Source of the DNA: Minisyncoccota bacterium
GTDB taxonomy: Bacteria; Patescibacteriota; Minisyncoccia; Phycocordibacterales; Phycocordibacteraceae
Length of the DNA stretch: 64,000 bases
Reading direction: 5' to 3'
NCBI GenBank assembly: GCA_022841985.1
Contig: JALHQL010000005.1
Coordinates: 4,267 to 68,266 of the forward strand
Below are positions 1-9,056 of the stretch, piece by piece. Under the pieces are notes generated by a model, which did no database searches, was not told the DNA's origin, and saw only the letters and a program-made list of their open reading frames with translations. A program made the position numbers and the translations under genes. Position 1 is the first letter of the stretch. Each line of letters begins with the position of its first letter.

Positions 1-153
1 TTCGGAGGAGAAATAATAATGAAGCCTGCCACACAAGGCAACCGTATGACCTCCGATATTGATACGTCCAAAGTTCGCTCGCTCGGGTGGTCACCGAAGA
101 GGAGTCTTATCGACTATATTTCCGAAATTCGTTTACACTCGACAGTCCAATGA
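1..153 (+). CDS. C-terminal fragment of an NAD-dependent sugar epimerase/dehydratase (gene begins upstream of the window)
   Basis: Frame 1 is open from base 1 to a TGA at 151-153. The tail ...DIDTSKVRSLGWSPKRSLIDYISEI resembles C-termini of the extended-SDR sugar epimerase family. The stop overlaps the next start (ATGA). Confidence 0.45.
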   Translation, partial: FGGEIIMKPATQGNRMTSDIDTSKVRSLGWSPKRSLIDYISEIRLHSTVQ

Positions 154-1289
154 AGCGCATTCTTATTTTCTCTCTCGCGTATGTACCCCACGTTGGTGGG
201 GCTGAAGTGGCACTTAAAGAAATCACCGATCGAATATCTGATATTGAATTCCATATGCTTACGCTCAATTTCGGCGGCGAAGCAGGGGAAGAAAAAATTG
301 GGAATGTTGTTGTACATCGGATAGGGAACGGCGCCTCGTACTCTTCGAAAATCTTGTTTGTGGTGCGCGCCGCTCTCGCGGCGCGTGTCTTACATCGTAC
401 CCATCATTTCGATGCATTCTGGGCGATGATGAGCTACATGCTTTTTCCGATTGTTCTTCTGCGTTTGAGAAATATTCGTGTACCGTACCTCCTAACGCTT
501 CAAGAAGGGGATCCTTTTGAGGACACATTTAATCGTTGGTTCATTCTTCCATTTCGACCACTTCTCTCTGTAGGTTTTAAAAATGCATCAGCGGTGCAAG
601 CGATTTCAACCTACCTTGCGCAGTGGGCAACTAACATGGGTTTCAAAAAAGAGGTTACGGTTATTCCAAACGGTGTGGATCTCGAACGTTTTATCGAAGC
701 TCCACATCCTCCTATTGTGACCGCAGGCGTTGTTAATCTTATTACCGCCTCCCGTTTGGTCTACAAAAATGCGCTTGACGAGGTCATCCGAGCGCTCGTA
801 CTTTTACCAGAGAACGTGCAGTTTGTGGTGTACGGTAGCGGTCCCGACGAAAGGGTATTACGTGCACTTGCCGAAGATTTGAAGGTGGCGAGTAGAGTGC
901 TCTTCAAGGGGCACAGCTCCCATGCTGACTTAGCTCGATCGTTTGCTACAGCTCACATTTTTATTCGTCCTTCACGCTCGGAAGGGATGGGTAATTCTTT
1001 TATCGAGGCGATGGCAGTAGGCTTACCTGTCATAGGGACGCAGGAGGGAGGTATTGCAGACTTTCTATTTGATGCGAAACGGAATCCAAGTAAAGAGACT
1101 ACCGGTTGGGCGGTTGATAAAGATTCTCCTCAGCAAATTGCTATGGCGGTAAAAGAGATTCTTACCAACCCTGAGAAAGTGTCGCGAGTACGAGCAAATG
1201 CATTTGCGCTTGTGCATGAGAAATATGACTGGAATCTTATTACTAGGGATATGAAGAAGCTTTTCGACCGCGTGCTTGAATCCAAGTAG
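150..1289 (+). CDS. glycosyltransferase family 4 (GT-B fold)
   Basis: ORF track 87..1289. The ATG at 150 (MKRILIFSLAYVPHVGGAEV) is a typical GT4 N-terminus. The C-terminal part has the EGMGNSFIEAMAVGLPVIGT motif (E-x7-E region of GT4). Confidence 0.8.
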   Translation: MKRILIFSLAYVPHVGGAEVALKEITDRISDIEFHMLTLNFGGEAGEEKIGNVVVHRIGNGASYSSKILFVVRAALAARVLHRTHHFDAFWAMMSYMLFPIVLLRLRNIRVPYLLTLQEGDPFEDTFNRWFILPFRPLLSVGFKNASAVQAISTYLAQWATNMGFKKEVTVIPNGVDLERFIEAPHPPIVTAGVVNLITASRLVYKNALDEVIRALVLLPENVQFVVYGSGPDERVLRALAEDLKVASRVLFKGHSSHADLARSFATAHIFIRPSRSEGMGNSFIEAMAVGLPVIGTQEGGIADFLFDAKRNPSKETTGWAVDKDSPQQIAMAVKEILTNPEKVSRVRANAFALVHEKYDWNLITRDMKKLFDRVLESK

Positions 1290-1290
1290 A

Positions 1291-2307
1291 ATGCGACTTA
1301 TGAAGCTTGTCATTGCCACACCACTCTATCCACCAGAAATCGGCGGGCCGGCGACGTATGCAAAGCTGCTTTTTGAAGGATTGCCAGAGAAGGGCATTGA
1401 GGTTGATTTGGTGAAGTACAGTGAGGTACGACATTTACCGAAGTTTTTTCGCCATTGTGTGTATTATCTTCGCGTATTTAAAGCTGCACGAAATGCAGAT
1501 ATTGTGCTTGCGCTCGATCCAGTTTCGGTCGGTTTTCCAGCAATGTGGGCAGCGGAAAAAGCCAATAAACCTTTTGTCGTAAAGATTGTCGGTGACTATG
1601 CGTGGGAGCAAGGTCAGCAGAGATTCGGCATCACACAAAATCTGGATGAGTTTTTGAAGATGAGGAGGGTACCATTTTTAGTTCGTGTATTGCAACGAAT
1701 TCAAGCGCGTGTGGCACGGAGCGCCACGCGCGTCATCGTTCCGAGTGAATACTTGAAGAATATTGTATCTACGTGGGGAATCCAATCTGAAAAGATAGAA
1801 GTTATCTATAACGGCATAGACTTGCCGAAGTCGATGGTAGTATCCAGCCGCCCGCAGGGCTTCTTTGTTGTATCTTCGGGACGTCGGGTACCTTGGAAGG
1901 GGTTTGAAGCAATCGAGCGCGTAGTTGCGCGTGAGACTGGCTGGCATTTCACCCTATTGCAAGGGCTTTCACGCCCAGAAGCACTTTCTCAAGTGATGGT
2001 TGCCGATGCATTCGTCATCAACTCTAGTTACGAAGGACTCTCGCACGCCCTCATTGAGGCAATGATGCTGAATGTTCCAATAGTCGCCACTTCCGTCGGT
2101 GGCAACATTGAGCTCGTCGAAAATGGGAAAACCGGACTGCTCGTACCTTTCGGTGATGAAGAGGCCTTACACAAGGCTCTGAAACAGATTGCAAACGACC
2201 CTCTTTCTGCAAAGATGCGTGCTGCGTCCGCACTGGAGCGCGCGCAAGCACTGTTCTCCATGGAGTCCATGCTTATGCGGACAAGTGCACTTCTCAAATC
2301 GTTATGA
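1291..2307 (+). CDS. glycosyltransferase family 4
   Basis: N-terminus MRLMKLVIATPLYPPEIGGPATYA and C-terminal SYEGLSHALIEAMMLNVPIVATSVGG are GT4 signatures. The start is at ATG 1291, with an alternative TTG at 1276. Confidence 0.8.
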   Translation: MRLMKLVIATPLYPPEIGGPATYAKLLFEGLPEKGIEVDLVKYSEVRHLPKFFRHCVYYLRVFKAARNADIVLALDPVSVGFPAMWAAEKANKPFVVKIVGDYAWEQGQQRFGITQNLDEFLKMRRVPFLVRVLQRIQARVARSATRVIVPSEYLKNIVSTWGIQSEKIEVIYNGIDLPKSMVVSSRPQGFFVVSSGRRVPWKGFEAIERVVARETGWHFTLLQGLSRPEALSQVMVADAFVINSSYEGLSHALIEAMMLNVPIVATSVGGNIELVENGKTGLLVPFGDEEALHKALKQIANDPLSAKMRAASALERAQALFSMESMLMRTSALLKSL

Positions 2308-3434
2308 AAGCCCTCTTCATTTCCAATGACCCGATGATATTTGATGCGACAAGTCTGGTGCGCGCACGCATGCGCACCTATGCTACCGCAATAGGAGAAT
2401 TACATATTCTTTCATTGGCGGGCAAAGATGCACAAGAAGAACAAGACGGTGACTTATTTCTTCACCCGGTGCGTCCACGGAGACTTTTTCGTGTGCGTGT
2501 ATTAGCTCATCACGCGCGTAAGCTCATCCGGAAATACAACATCGAGATAGTTTCGGCGCAGGACCCGTTTGAGCACGGGCTCGCGGCGCTACGGGCCGTG
2601 GGCGGTACGAGCGTCAAATTACATATTCAGGTGCATACTGATTTTCTTTCGCCATGGTTCGTTAAGAGCGGCAGTTGGCACAATCTTCGCATGGGGCTTC
2701 TTAATCGGTATCGTTGTAGAATCGCCAATCACGTTTTACCCGTAGCAGACGGTATTCGCGTTGTTTCGGAGCGGGTAAAAGTGTCGCTTGTCGCACGGTA
2801 TGGTTCGCGTGTTCCTCTGCCGTCGGTCATTCCAATCACAGTCTCGACCGAGGTACCAGAGCGCGCGCTGCTGCCATCTCATTCGTTTACATTCGCGCTC
2901 ATTGTAGTCGGTCGTTTGGAATCTGAGAAACGTGTTGAAGATATCCTCGCCGCACTAAAACTCATCGTCAAGCACTATCCGATGGCTGGGCTCTTTATCG
3001 TCGGCGATGGTCGTGAACGGTCGCGACTTGAGCAGATGGCATCCTCTCTTGGTCTTAAGAAGCATGTCGTCTTTCTTGGAGAACGTCTCGACGCGCAGGC
3101 GCTTATGGGAAGCGCACAGGCATTCATTCAGGCGAGCGCGTATGAGGGCTATGGGCGTACGCTTATTGAGGCGGCACTTGCTAGAATCCCAATAATTACA
3201 ACCGATGTCGGCATCGTAGGCGAAGTGTTCAAGGATGGCTCAGAGGCTCTTGTCGCACCAGTGGCCGACCCGAAAACTCTCGCACTCAACATCACTAAGA
3301 TCATAGAAGACAATAGGATTCGACAGGAACTCCCGATACGCGCCGAAGTCGCAGCACGCGCGCATCTCGCTGCACAGAGCGATTTGTCGACGCGTATTGT
3401 TGAGGATCTCACGCGCACTTTGCAACACTCATGA
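2304..3434 (+). CDS. glycosyltransferase family 4
   Basis: YEGYGRTLIEAALARIPIITTDVGIVGEVFKDG is a GT4 C-terminal motif. ATGA overlaps the upstream gene. Confidence 0.75.
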   Translation: MKALFISNDPMIFDATSLVRARMRTYATAIGELHILSLAGKDAQEEQDGDLFLHPVRPRRLFRVRVLAHHARKLIRKYNIEIVSAQDPFEHGLAALRAVGGTSVKLHIQVHTDFLSPWFVKSGSWHNLRMGLLNRYRCRIANHVLPVADGIRVVSERVKVSLVARYGSRVPLPSVIPITVSTEVPERALLPSHSFTFALIVVGRLESEKRVEDILAALKLIVKHYPMAGLFIVGDGRERSRLEQMASSLGLKKHVVFLGERLDAQALMGSAQAFIQASAYEGYGRTLIEAALARIPIITTDVGIVGEVFKDGSEALVAPVADPKTLALNITKIIEDNRIRQELPIRAEVAARAHLAAQSDLSTRIVEDLTRTLQHS

Positions 3435-4408
3435 AATTGCTGATTGTTACCCAAGCAGTTGATGCGGAAGACTCGGTACTTGGATTCTTTGTGCGTTGGA
3501 TAGAAGAGTTTGCAAAACACGTTGAACGAATCGAAGTCATCTGTCTCAAAGAAGGGAAGCATCGTCTTCCTGCGAACGTGCGAGTGCACTCGCTCGGCAA
3601 AGAAGAAGGCGTATCACGAGCAATGTATGTGCTGAATTTTTATAAAAAAATCTGGCGTTTGCGACATGACTATGATGTCGTTTTTGTACATATGAATCCA
3701 GAGTATGTCATTCTCGGAGGTTTGCTTTGGAGGTCGTGGGGTAAGCGCATCGCTTTGTGGTATACGCACAAAAGCGTAAACGCCAGACTTCGTCTTGCGA
3801 CGCTTCTGGCGGACGTCATTTTCACAGCCTCAAAAGAAAGTTTCAGGTTCCCGACGAAAAAATTGCACGTCATGGGGCATGGTATCGATGTGGATTTCTT
3901 TTCACCTAGTGAGAATATGTCACAAGGAACGGCGGTGCTTTCTGCAGGAAGACTTTCTCCAACGAAGCGGCATGATCTTGTTATTCAATCGGCCGAATAT
4001 TTTCCAAACGAAGTGCGGATTGTTGGGGAGGGGTCAGAGAAACAGCGTCTTGAATCTCTCTCCGCAAATCTATCTCTTGGGTCGCGTGTACATTTCCTCG
4101 GGGCACATACGCAAGGGGAACTGCGGGAAGAGTACAGGAGAGCTGGAGTCTTCGTCCATGTAAGCGAAACAGGCAGTCTCGATAAAGTGGTTCTCGAGGC
4201 ACTTGCGTGTGGTCTGCCGGTAGTTACGACGAGCTCCACCCTTATTGGACTCCCTGTTACGGCAGTTTTACCAACTCCGAACGCAATCGCAGAAGGGGTC
4301 CTTGCGGTTCGCTCGAATGACACCACATTGCTTACTACGTACGTACGAGAGCACCATTCGCTTCAGCGCCTCATTCCTGCGATACTAGAGGCTATACAAG
4401 CCCCATGA
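3431..4408 (+). CDS. glycosyltransferase, GT4-like
   Basis: EALACGLPVVTTSS is a GT4-type motif and the N-terminus MKLLIVTQAVD fits. ATGA overlap at 3431. Confidence 0.6.
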   Translation: MKLLIVTQAVDAEDSVLGFFVRWIEEFAKHVERIEVICLKEGKHRLPANVRVHSLGKEEGVSRAMYVLNFYKKIWRLRHDYDVVFVHMNPEYVILGGLLWRSWGKRIALWYTHKSVNARLRLATLLADVIFTASKESFRFPTKKLHVMGHGIDVDFFSPSENMSQGTAVLSAGRLSPTKRHDLVIQSAEYFPNEVRIVGEGSEKQRLESLSANLSLGSRVHFLGAHTQGELREEYRRAGVFVHVSETGSLDKVVLEALACGLPVVTTSSTLIGLPVTAVLPTPNAIAEGVLAVRSNDTTLLTTYVREHHSLQRLIPAILEAIQAP

Positions 4409-5028
4409 GTCCTATTCCACAGGTCGATAAATCACACTATCAGTTCGGCAAATACGCTTTTGAGGGACGGTTTGTGAGCTATTACTGGCAGCTCAAAGAG
4501 GTATTGGCACTTGAACCGTCGTCAGTTCTTGAGATTGGAGTGGGAGACCGTGTGTTCGGAAATTTTATTAAAAACAATACTCCTGTTTCGTATACTTCGG
4601 TTGATGTCGCGGAGGATTTACAGCCGGACGTCGTGGGGAGTATTTTGAAACTTCCATTTCCAGATAAATCCTCTGACGTCGTATGTGCGTTTGAGGTTCT
4701 GGAACATCTGCCATTTGAACAATTTAATTCAGCGATTACCGAACTCTGTCGCGTCGCCCGTACTCATGTGGTGATAAGTATTCCGCACTTCGGACCGATG
4801 TTTTCTTTCTCGTTCAAAATTCCGTTTATGCCGGAGATACGTCTCGCATGGAAAATTCCATTTCCGAAGAAGCACGTTTTTAACGGTCAGCATCATTGGG
4901 AGCTTGGTAAACGCGGATATTCCGTAAAAAAACTTAAAGAAGTGCTGCAGAGTCATGGACAAATAACCAAAGATTTTGTTCCTTTCGGTAACTCTTACCA
5001 TCATTTTTTTATTGTAAAAAAAGTATGA
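4405..5028 (+). CDS. class I SAM-dependent methyltransferase
   Basis: LEIGVGDRVFG is a glycine-rich SAM motif and AFEVLEHL is motif II-like. ATGA overlap at 4405. Confidence 0.7.
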   Translation: MSPIPQVDKSHYQFGKYAFEGRFVSYYWQLKEVLALEPSSVLEIGVGDRVFGNFIKNNTPVSYTSVDVAEDLQPDVVGSILKLPFPDKSSDVVCAFEVLEHLPFEQFNSAITELCRVARTHVVISIPHFGPMFSFSFKIPFMPEIRLAWKIPFPKKHVFNGQHHWELGKRGYSVKKLKEVLQSHGQITKDFVPFGNSYHHFFIVKKV

Positions 5029-6125
5029 AAATTGGATTTATTGCGGAACCCTATGAAGAATCCCATACTTCAGGTATGGGGTATTCGGTTCTTCAGGTTA
5101 TGAGACATTTCCTTATAGAAGGGGAAAATCATGAGTTTATTTTCTATTCGTCAAAGCCAATCAATCCAGGGTTAGTGCCCGGTGTTTACACTAACATCAT
5201 CGTTCCAAAAAATTTCGTAAAGAAATTTTTTTACTTCCGTTTTTTTAAAAATAGGCCCGACGCGCTTATTTGCATGTTGCCACTTCTACCACTATGGGTC
5301 CACCCGAGGGTAAAAATATTCCCTATGTTCCATGAGCTAGGGAGTCAAAAAATAAAACCACAAAGCTTCCATGGGAAAGTAGTTGCTTTTGTACGTGATA
5401 CGGTACTGATGCCGCTTATGCTTATACGAGCAACTCATGTTATTGCAGTGTCTCATGCTACGGAAACAGATCTTATAAAGTTCTACAACCTGCCAAGAGA
5501 AAGAATGACAGTTATTCATGATGGATATCAGGAGTGGAATCAATTTTCGACTGATGCCCTTGATATTGAAAAGCGAATGAAGCCCTATTTCTTTTTTGCT
5601 GGCAAAGTAAAATATCGTAAAAATGTGCACGGTATAGTATCGGCCTTCATTGCTTTTAAAGAACATACAAAAGTCGATTGTAAGCTAATCATAGCAGGTG
5701 ACTATGGTGGCGACTATCATAAAAAAATGATGCAAGAATTGAAACAACACAATTTCGACCAAGATGTATTTTTCCTCGGATATGTTTCAAACCCGCAAAT
5801 GTATGCATTATTTACTAATGCAATTGCATGCGTTTTCCCGTCAATAAATGAAGGATTCGGTATGCCCATAGCTGAATCTATGAGTTTGGGAACGCCAGTC
5901 ATCACTTCCAATATTTCCGCTACGGCTGAAATTGCTGGCGATGCTGCCCTTTTAGTCGACCCATATGACATCAAGGATATTAGTCAAGCAATGGAGAAAA
6001 TCTTTTTTGATAATCATCTCCGCGAAAGTCTTATTTTGAGGGGCTTTGAGCGTGCAAAGCATTTTTCTTGGCAGAAATTTGCACAAAAGTACTTAGCTTT
6101 GATAGTTGAGTTATCTAAAAAATAA
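5025..6125 (+). CDS. glycosyltransferase family 4
   Basis: NEGFGMPIAESMSLGTPVITSNISATAEIAGDAALLVDPYD is a GT4 motif. The gene is visibly AT-richer than its neighbours. ATGA overlap at 5025. Confidence 0.8.
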   Translation: MKIGFIAEPYEESHTSGMGYSVLQVMRHFLIEGENHEFIFYSSKPINPGLVPGVYTNIIVPKNFVKKFFYFRFFKNRPDALICMLPLLPLWVHPRVKIFPMFHELGSQKIKPQSFHGKVVAFVRDTVLMPLMLIRATHVIAVSHATETDLIKFYNLPRERMTVIHDGYQEWNQFSTDALDIEKRMKPYFFFAGKVKYRKNVHGIVSAFIAFKEHTKVDCKLIIAGDYGGDYHKKMMQELKQHNFDQDVFFLGYVSNPQMYALFTNAIACVFPSINEGFGMPIAESMSLGTPVITSNISATAEIAGDAALLVDPYDIKDISQAMEKIFFDNHLRESLILRGFERAKHFSWQKFAQKYLALIVELSKK

Positions 6126-6138
6126 CTTGAGCGAGAAT

Positions 6139-6166
6139 AGGAACCTTTCAGGTTCTTCAAAAAATA
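6139..6166 (+). terminator. weak intrinsic terminator after the GT operon
   Basis: GGAACC-tttca-GGTTC hairpin followed by TTCAAAAAAT, about 15 nt after the stop at 6125. Confidence 0.35.
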
Positions 6167-6497
6167 TCTGCAAAATTACAATTTTGTTTTAAAAACATAG
6201 ATGTGGAAAGTTGTGAGCCAGAGGTGCTCCGAGGAGCCTGAGGGACTCTACAGCACTTCAAGCCGCATATACTTTTGGAGTGGCACTTACACAGCTTCGC
6301 AAACGAGGCGATTGGTTGCTTAGACAGGTAAGTAGAGAATTAAGTCGGGAAGGTTACCATATCTATATGCCCCCAAGACGATTCTTTGGAACGAGTATAG
6401 TCAGTAGCATGAGCAACGTTCAAACTCGCCCCTAAAATGTTCATTCGGTGGGCTCTATTACACCTTTAACTTTCTTGCTGCCCTAAATAAATAAGGA

Positions 6498-7808
6498 CTA
6501 ATTAGTAAATCGAATATCATCCCAGTATCCAGTAATCAGATCAGAGCCACCACCAGCTGCCCCTGCTTGCAGACGTAGTGTATCGACACTTGAAGCAGGC
6601 TGGATAAAACTTGCCCATGCCGAATAAGGTCCTCCATCAATAGCTACTCTGTACATTTGAGTGTTCACGTCAAACTGTAAATCAACGGTGTAAAAGACAT
6701 TCGTTGAATATGGCTGTAGCACAATAGCCTCGGCTCCAGATCCGGTTACCATAATCCAATTTTTTCCAAAAGCTTGAGCATCTTGATATACGACCATGAC
6801 GGGATTAGATCCTGAGTACAGAGAAATATTATGGGCTGAGTCAAATGAATCTTTGCGTTGAGCCCAATGAAGTGTTCCTGTAACCATAGGCGTGAAGGTT
6901 CGTGTTGCAAGAGTTTGGGCGGTAGCAAGATGTTCAAATCTAAGGGATTTTGAACCCTCATGAGTTACATCACCGGCGATAGTAAAATCAGAATCTGCTA
7001 CCCAAGCAGAAGTCCACCCGAGCCCTCCGTTGAGGTCATTCAAGGCTGCTCCATTGCTGTAACTTTCGAAATTTTCAACAATACTTACTGACTCAATCGG
7101 ACGAAGTGCGATCTGTTGTGCCACCCAATTTCTTGATTTATTTCCGCTTATAGTTGAAGATTTTGATCCCGTGCTCCCTGCAACAGCCTGTATCATTTCA
7201 TGTTGAGCTGTCGAGGGACCAAATGGAGTGTTGGAGGTATCATATTCCTCCGTCATGCTTGAAGGGATGGAGAAATAAGCTCCCGCGGTATTCTCCTTGC
7301 CGACATCAATTGCGAAAAGTGTGACGATGGTCGAACTTGCCGTACTCGTCGTTACCGTTGTTGTAGTAGCTAGTAAACCAAAACCGCTATTGCCAGCATA
7401 GGCATCAACAGGGTTGGCAGTATCTACCCCACTGTATACGGTGATACCTCCCTCCGCAGTTGTTTGATGGTCAATAGACCATGTGTAGCTGCTTGGCTCT
7501 GATGCACCAACAATCTTCCGATACGAAATGAGACTTATATTGGTGTCGTTGTCTGTTCGTAAAATTTGAGTCCAGCCTGTGGGGGCAGTAACTGTTGCCG
7601 ATGTTCCGCCGTTAATTGCTATATTTGCAAGCATTAGATTGCCCGCTGTAACTGCTGGTCTGGCTATGGATAGTTGAGTGACGGTAACGTCAGACGAATG
7701 ACTAGTGATGAAAGGTCCAGAAACAATATCTGCTAAGGCGGTTGTTGCAAAAAGGGACAAGCCGACTAGGAGTAATCCTGAAATCTTCAATTTTTGTTGG
7801 GAAGTCAT
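6498..7808 (-). CDS. secreted protein with a Ser/Thr-rich region and a concanavalin-A/LamG-like C-terminal domain
   Basis: N-terminal signal peptide MTSQQKLKISGLLLVGLSLFATTALA. Low-complexity T/S-rich middle. C-terminal part (DSDFTIAGDVTHEGSKSLRFEHL...) is LamG/jelly-roll-like. Confidence 0.55.
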   Translation of the reverse strand: MTSQQKLKISGLLLVGLSLFATTALADIVSGPFITSHSSDVTVTQLSIARPAVTAGNLMLANIAINGGTSATVTAPTGWTQILRTDNDTNISLISYRKIVGASEPSSYTWSIDHQTTAEGGITVYSGVDTANPVDAYAGNSGFGLLATTTTVTTSTASSTIVTLFAIDVGKENTAGAYFSIPSSMTEEYDTSNTPFGPSTAQHEMIQAVAGSTGSKSSTISGNKSRNWVAQQIALRPIESVSIVENFESYSNGAALNDLNGGLGWTSAWVADSDFTIAGDVTHEGSKSLRFEHLATAQTLATRTFTPMVTGTLHWAQRKDSFDSAHNISLYSGSNPVMVVYQDAQAFGKNWIMVTGSGAEAIVLQPYSTNVFYTVDLQFDVNTQMYRVAIDGGPYSAWASFIQPASSVDTLRLQAGAAGGGSDLITGYWDDIRFTN

Positions 7809-7848
7809 GTGCAGTCGTGATTAAAAACTATTACCCTGCTATTCTAGC

Positions 7849-8982
7849 ATGACAAGCTTCATTTATACTGTCTTCATGAATAGCCCTGAACATGGGAATG
7901 CCCATAAAATTTTGACTCTTTACGTCAATCCTGCATGGCGGCGAGGAGGGATTCATAGTCCGCTCATGAATCCGTGGTGGGGGAATCCGATAGTCGAAGA
8001 GTCGATTTTTGCCAAACAGTTTTTTGATACCCATTCATTCGATACCAGTTATTACAGCATCACCGACGACATAGCACAGGCCGATATGGTATTCCCGCCG
8101 TATTCGCATAATTGGCTCCTATTGCATGACCCGAAACTTTTTGACGAATGCGTTCGAGTAGCGAAAGAATCAAAATTACCGATGTTGATTGACGGTATAG
8201 CCGACGTCGAACATCCTATAAATGTAGAGAACAGTTACATATTGCGCTACGGTGGGTACCGTTTCTTACCTGAACGAGGACGAATTCAAATACCACCTCT
8301 AGCCGATGATTTTTTGGAACGATACAAGGGCGGCGTACTTGAGGTACGTAAAAAAAGGGAAGGGAAGCCCAGTATCGGATTTGCAGGCTGGACAGTACTT
8401 TCTCCCAGGCAATATCTTCGTACAATAATAAAAGAAATTCCAATACGTCTGCGAGGTATCATTGATAGCCGATATCGTGCGTGCGTGAAGGGTGTGTTGT
8501 GGCGTCAGAAAGCAATTAAAATACTTAGAAAGTCGCCATTACTGATATGCAATCTTCTCGCACGAACTTCTTTTTCAGCCAATCCGAAGACAGCTCAGGG
8601 CGACATGCGTAAACTCCGAGAAGAAATGATTGATTCTATTTTAGAAAACGACTATGCGCTCGACGTACGTGGAGATGCGAACGACTCAACCAGACTTTTT
8701 GAAATACTATCGCTCGGCCGCATCCCTGTCATCGTAGATACTGAGCGCAATTTCCCTTTCAGCGACAAAATTGATTACTCGTCGTTTGCTCTCATCGTCG
8801 ATTTTCGTGACATCAAGTATTTGCCCGAACGGATAGCGGAATTCCATAAGAATATCTCACCGGAGCGTTTTGAAGAGATGCAAAGAAATGCACGCGATGC
8901 GTACGTAAAATATTTCCGTATTGATGTGCTAACAAAATCAATTGTTGAAGAATTGAGAAAGACATTGACCCCACAAAAGTAA
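7849..8982 (+). CDS. exostosin-like (GT47-type) glycosyltransferase
   Basis: The C-terminal block YALDVRGDANDSTRLFEILSLGRIPVIVDTERNFPFSDKIDYSSFALIV matches the exostosin-family signature (P-x-GD...R-x-fEal-x-GCIPV...lPF...dw..F). The true start may be the internal Met at 7876. Confidence 0.55.
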   Translation: MTSFIYTVFMNSPEHGNAHKILTLYVNPAWRRGGIHSPLMNPWWGNPIVEESIFAKQFFDTHSFDTSYYSITDDIAQADMVFPPYSHNWLLLHDPKLFDECVRVAKESKLPMLIDGIADVEHPINVENSYILRYGGYRFLPERGRIQIPPLADDFLERYKGGVLEVRKKREGKPSIGFAGWTVLSPRQYLRTIIKEIPIRLRGIIDSRYRACVKGVLWRQKAIKILRKSPLLICNLLARTSFSANPKTAQGDMRKLREEMIDSILENDYALDVRGDANDSTRLFEILSLGRIPVIVDTERNFPFSDKIDYSSFALIVDFRDIKYLPERIAEFHKNISPERFEEMQRNARDAYVKYFRIDVLTKSIVEELRKTLTPQK

Positions 8983-9056
8983 TCGTGGCGGAATAATGAG
9001 GAAGTGGTAAGCTCCCCTTAGAGTTCTTTTACAACCTATAACGAAAGGATGTTGAA

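Noticed and set aside
6126-6497. Possible tRNA, tmRNA, SRP RNA or RNase P RNA in the long convergent spacer
   Set aside because: No acceptor-stem/T-loop arrangement was found (GTTCAAACTC is off-consensus and unpaired). There is no SRP domain IV or RNase P P4 consensus. It is kept only as an unassigned candidate sRNA region.
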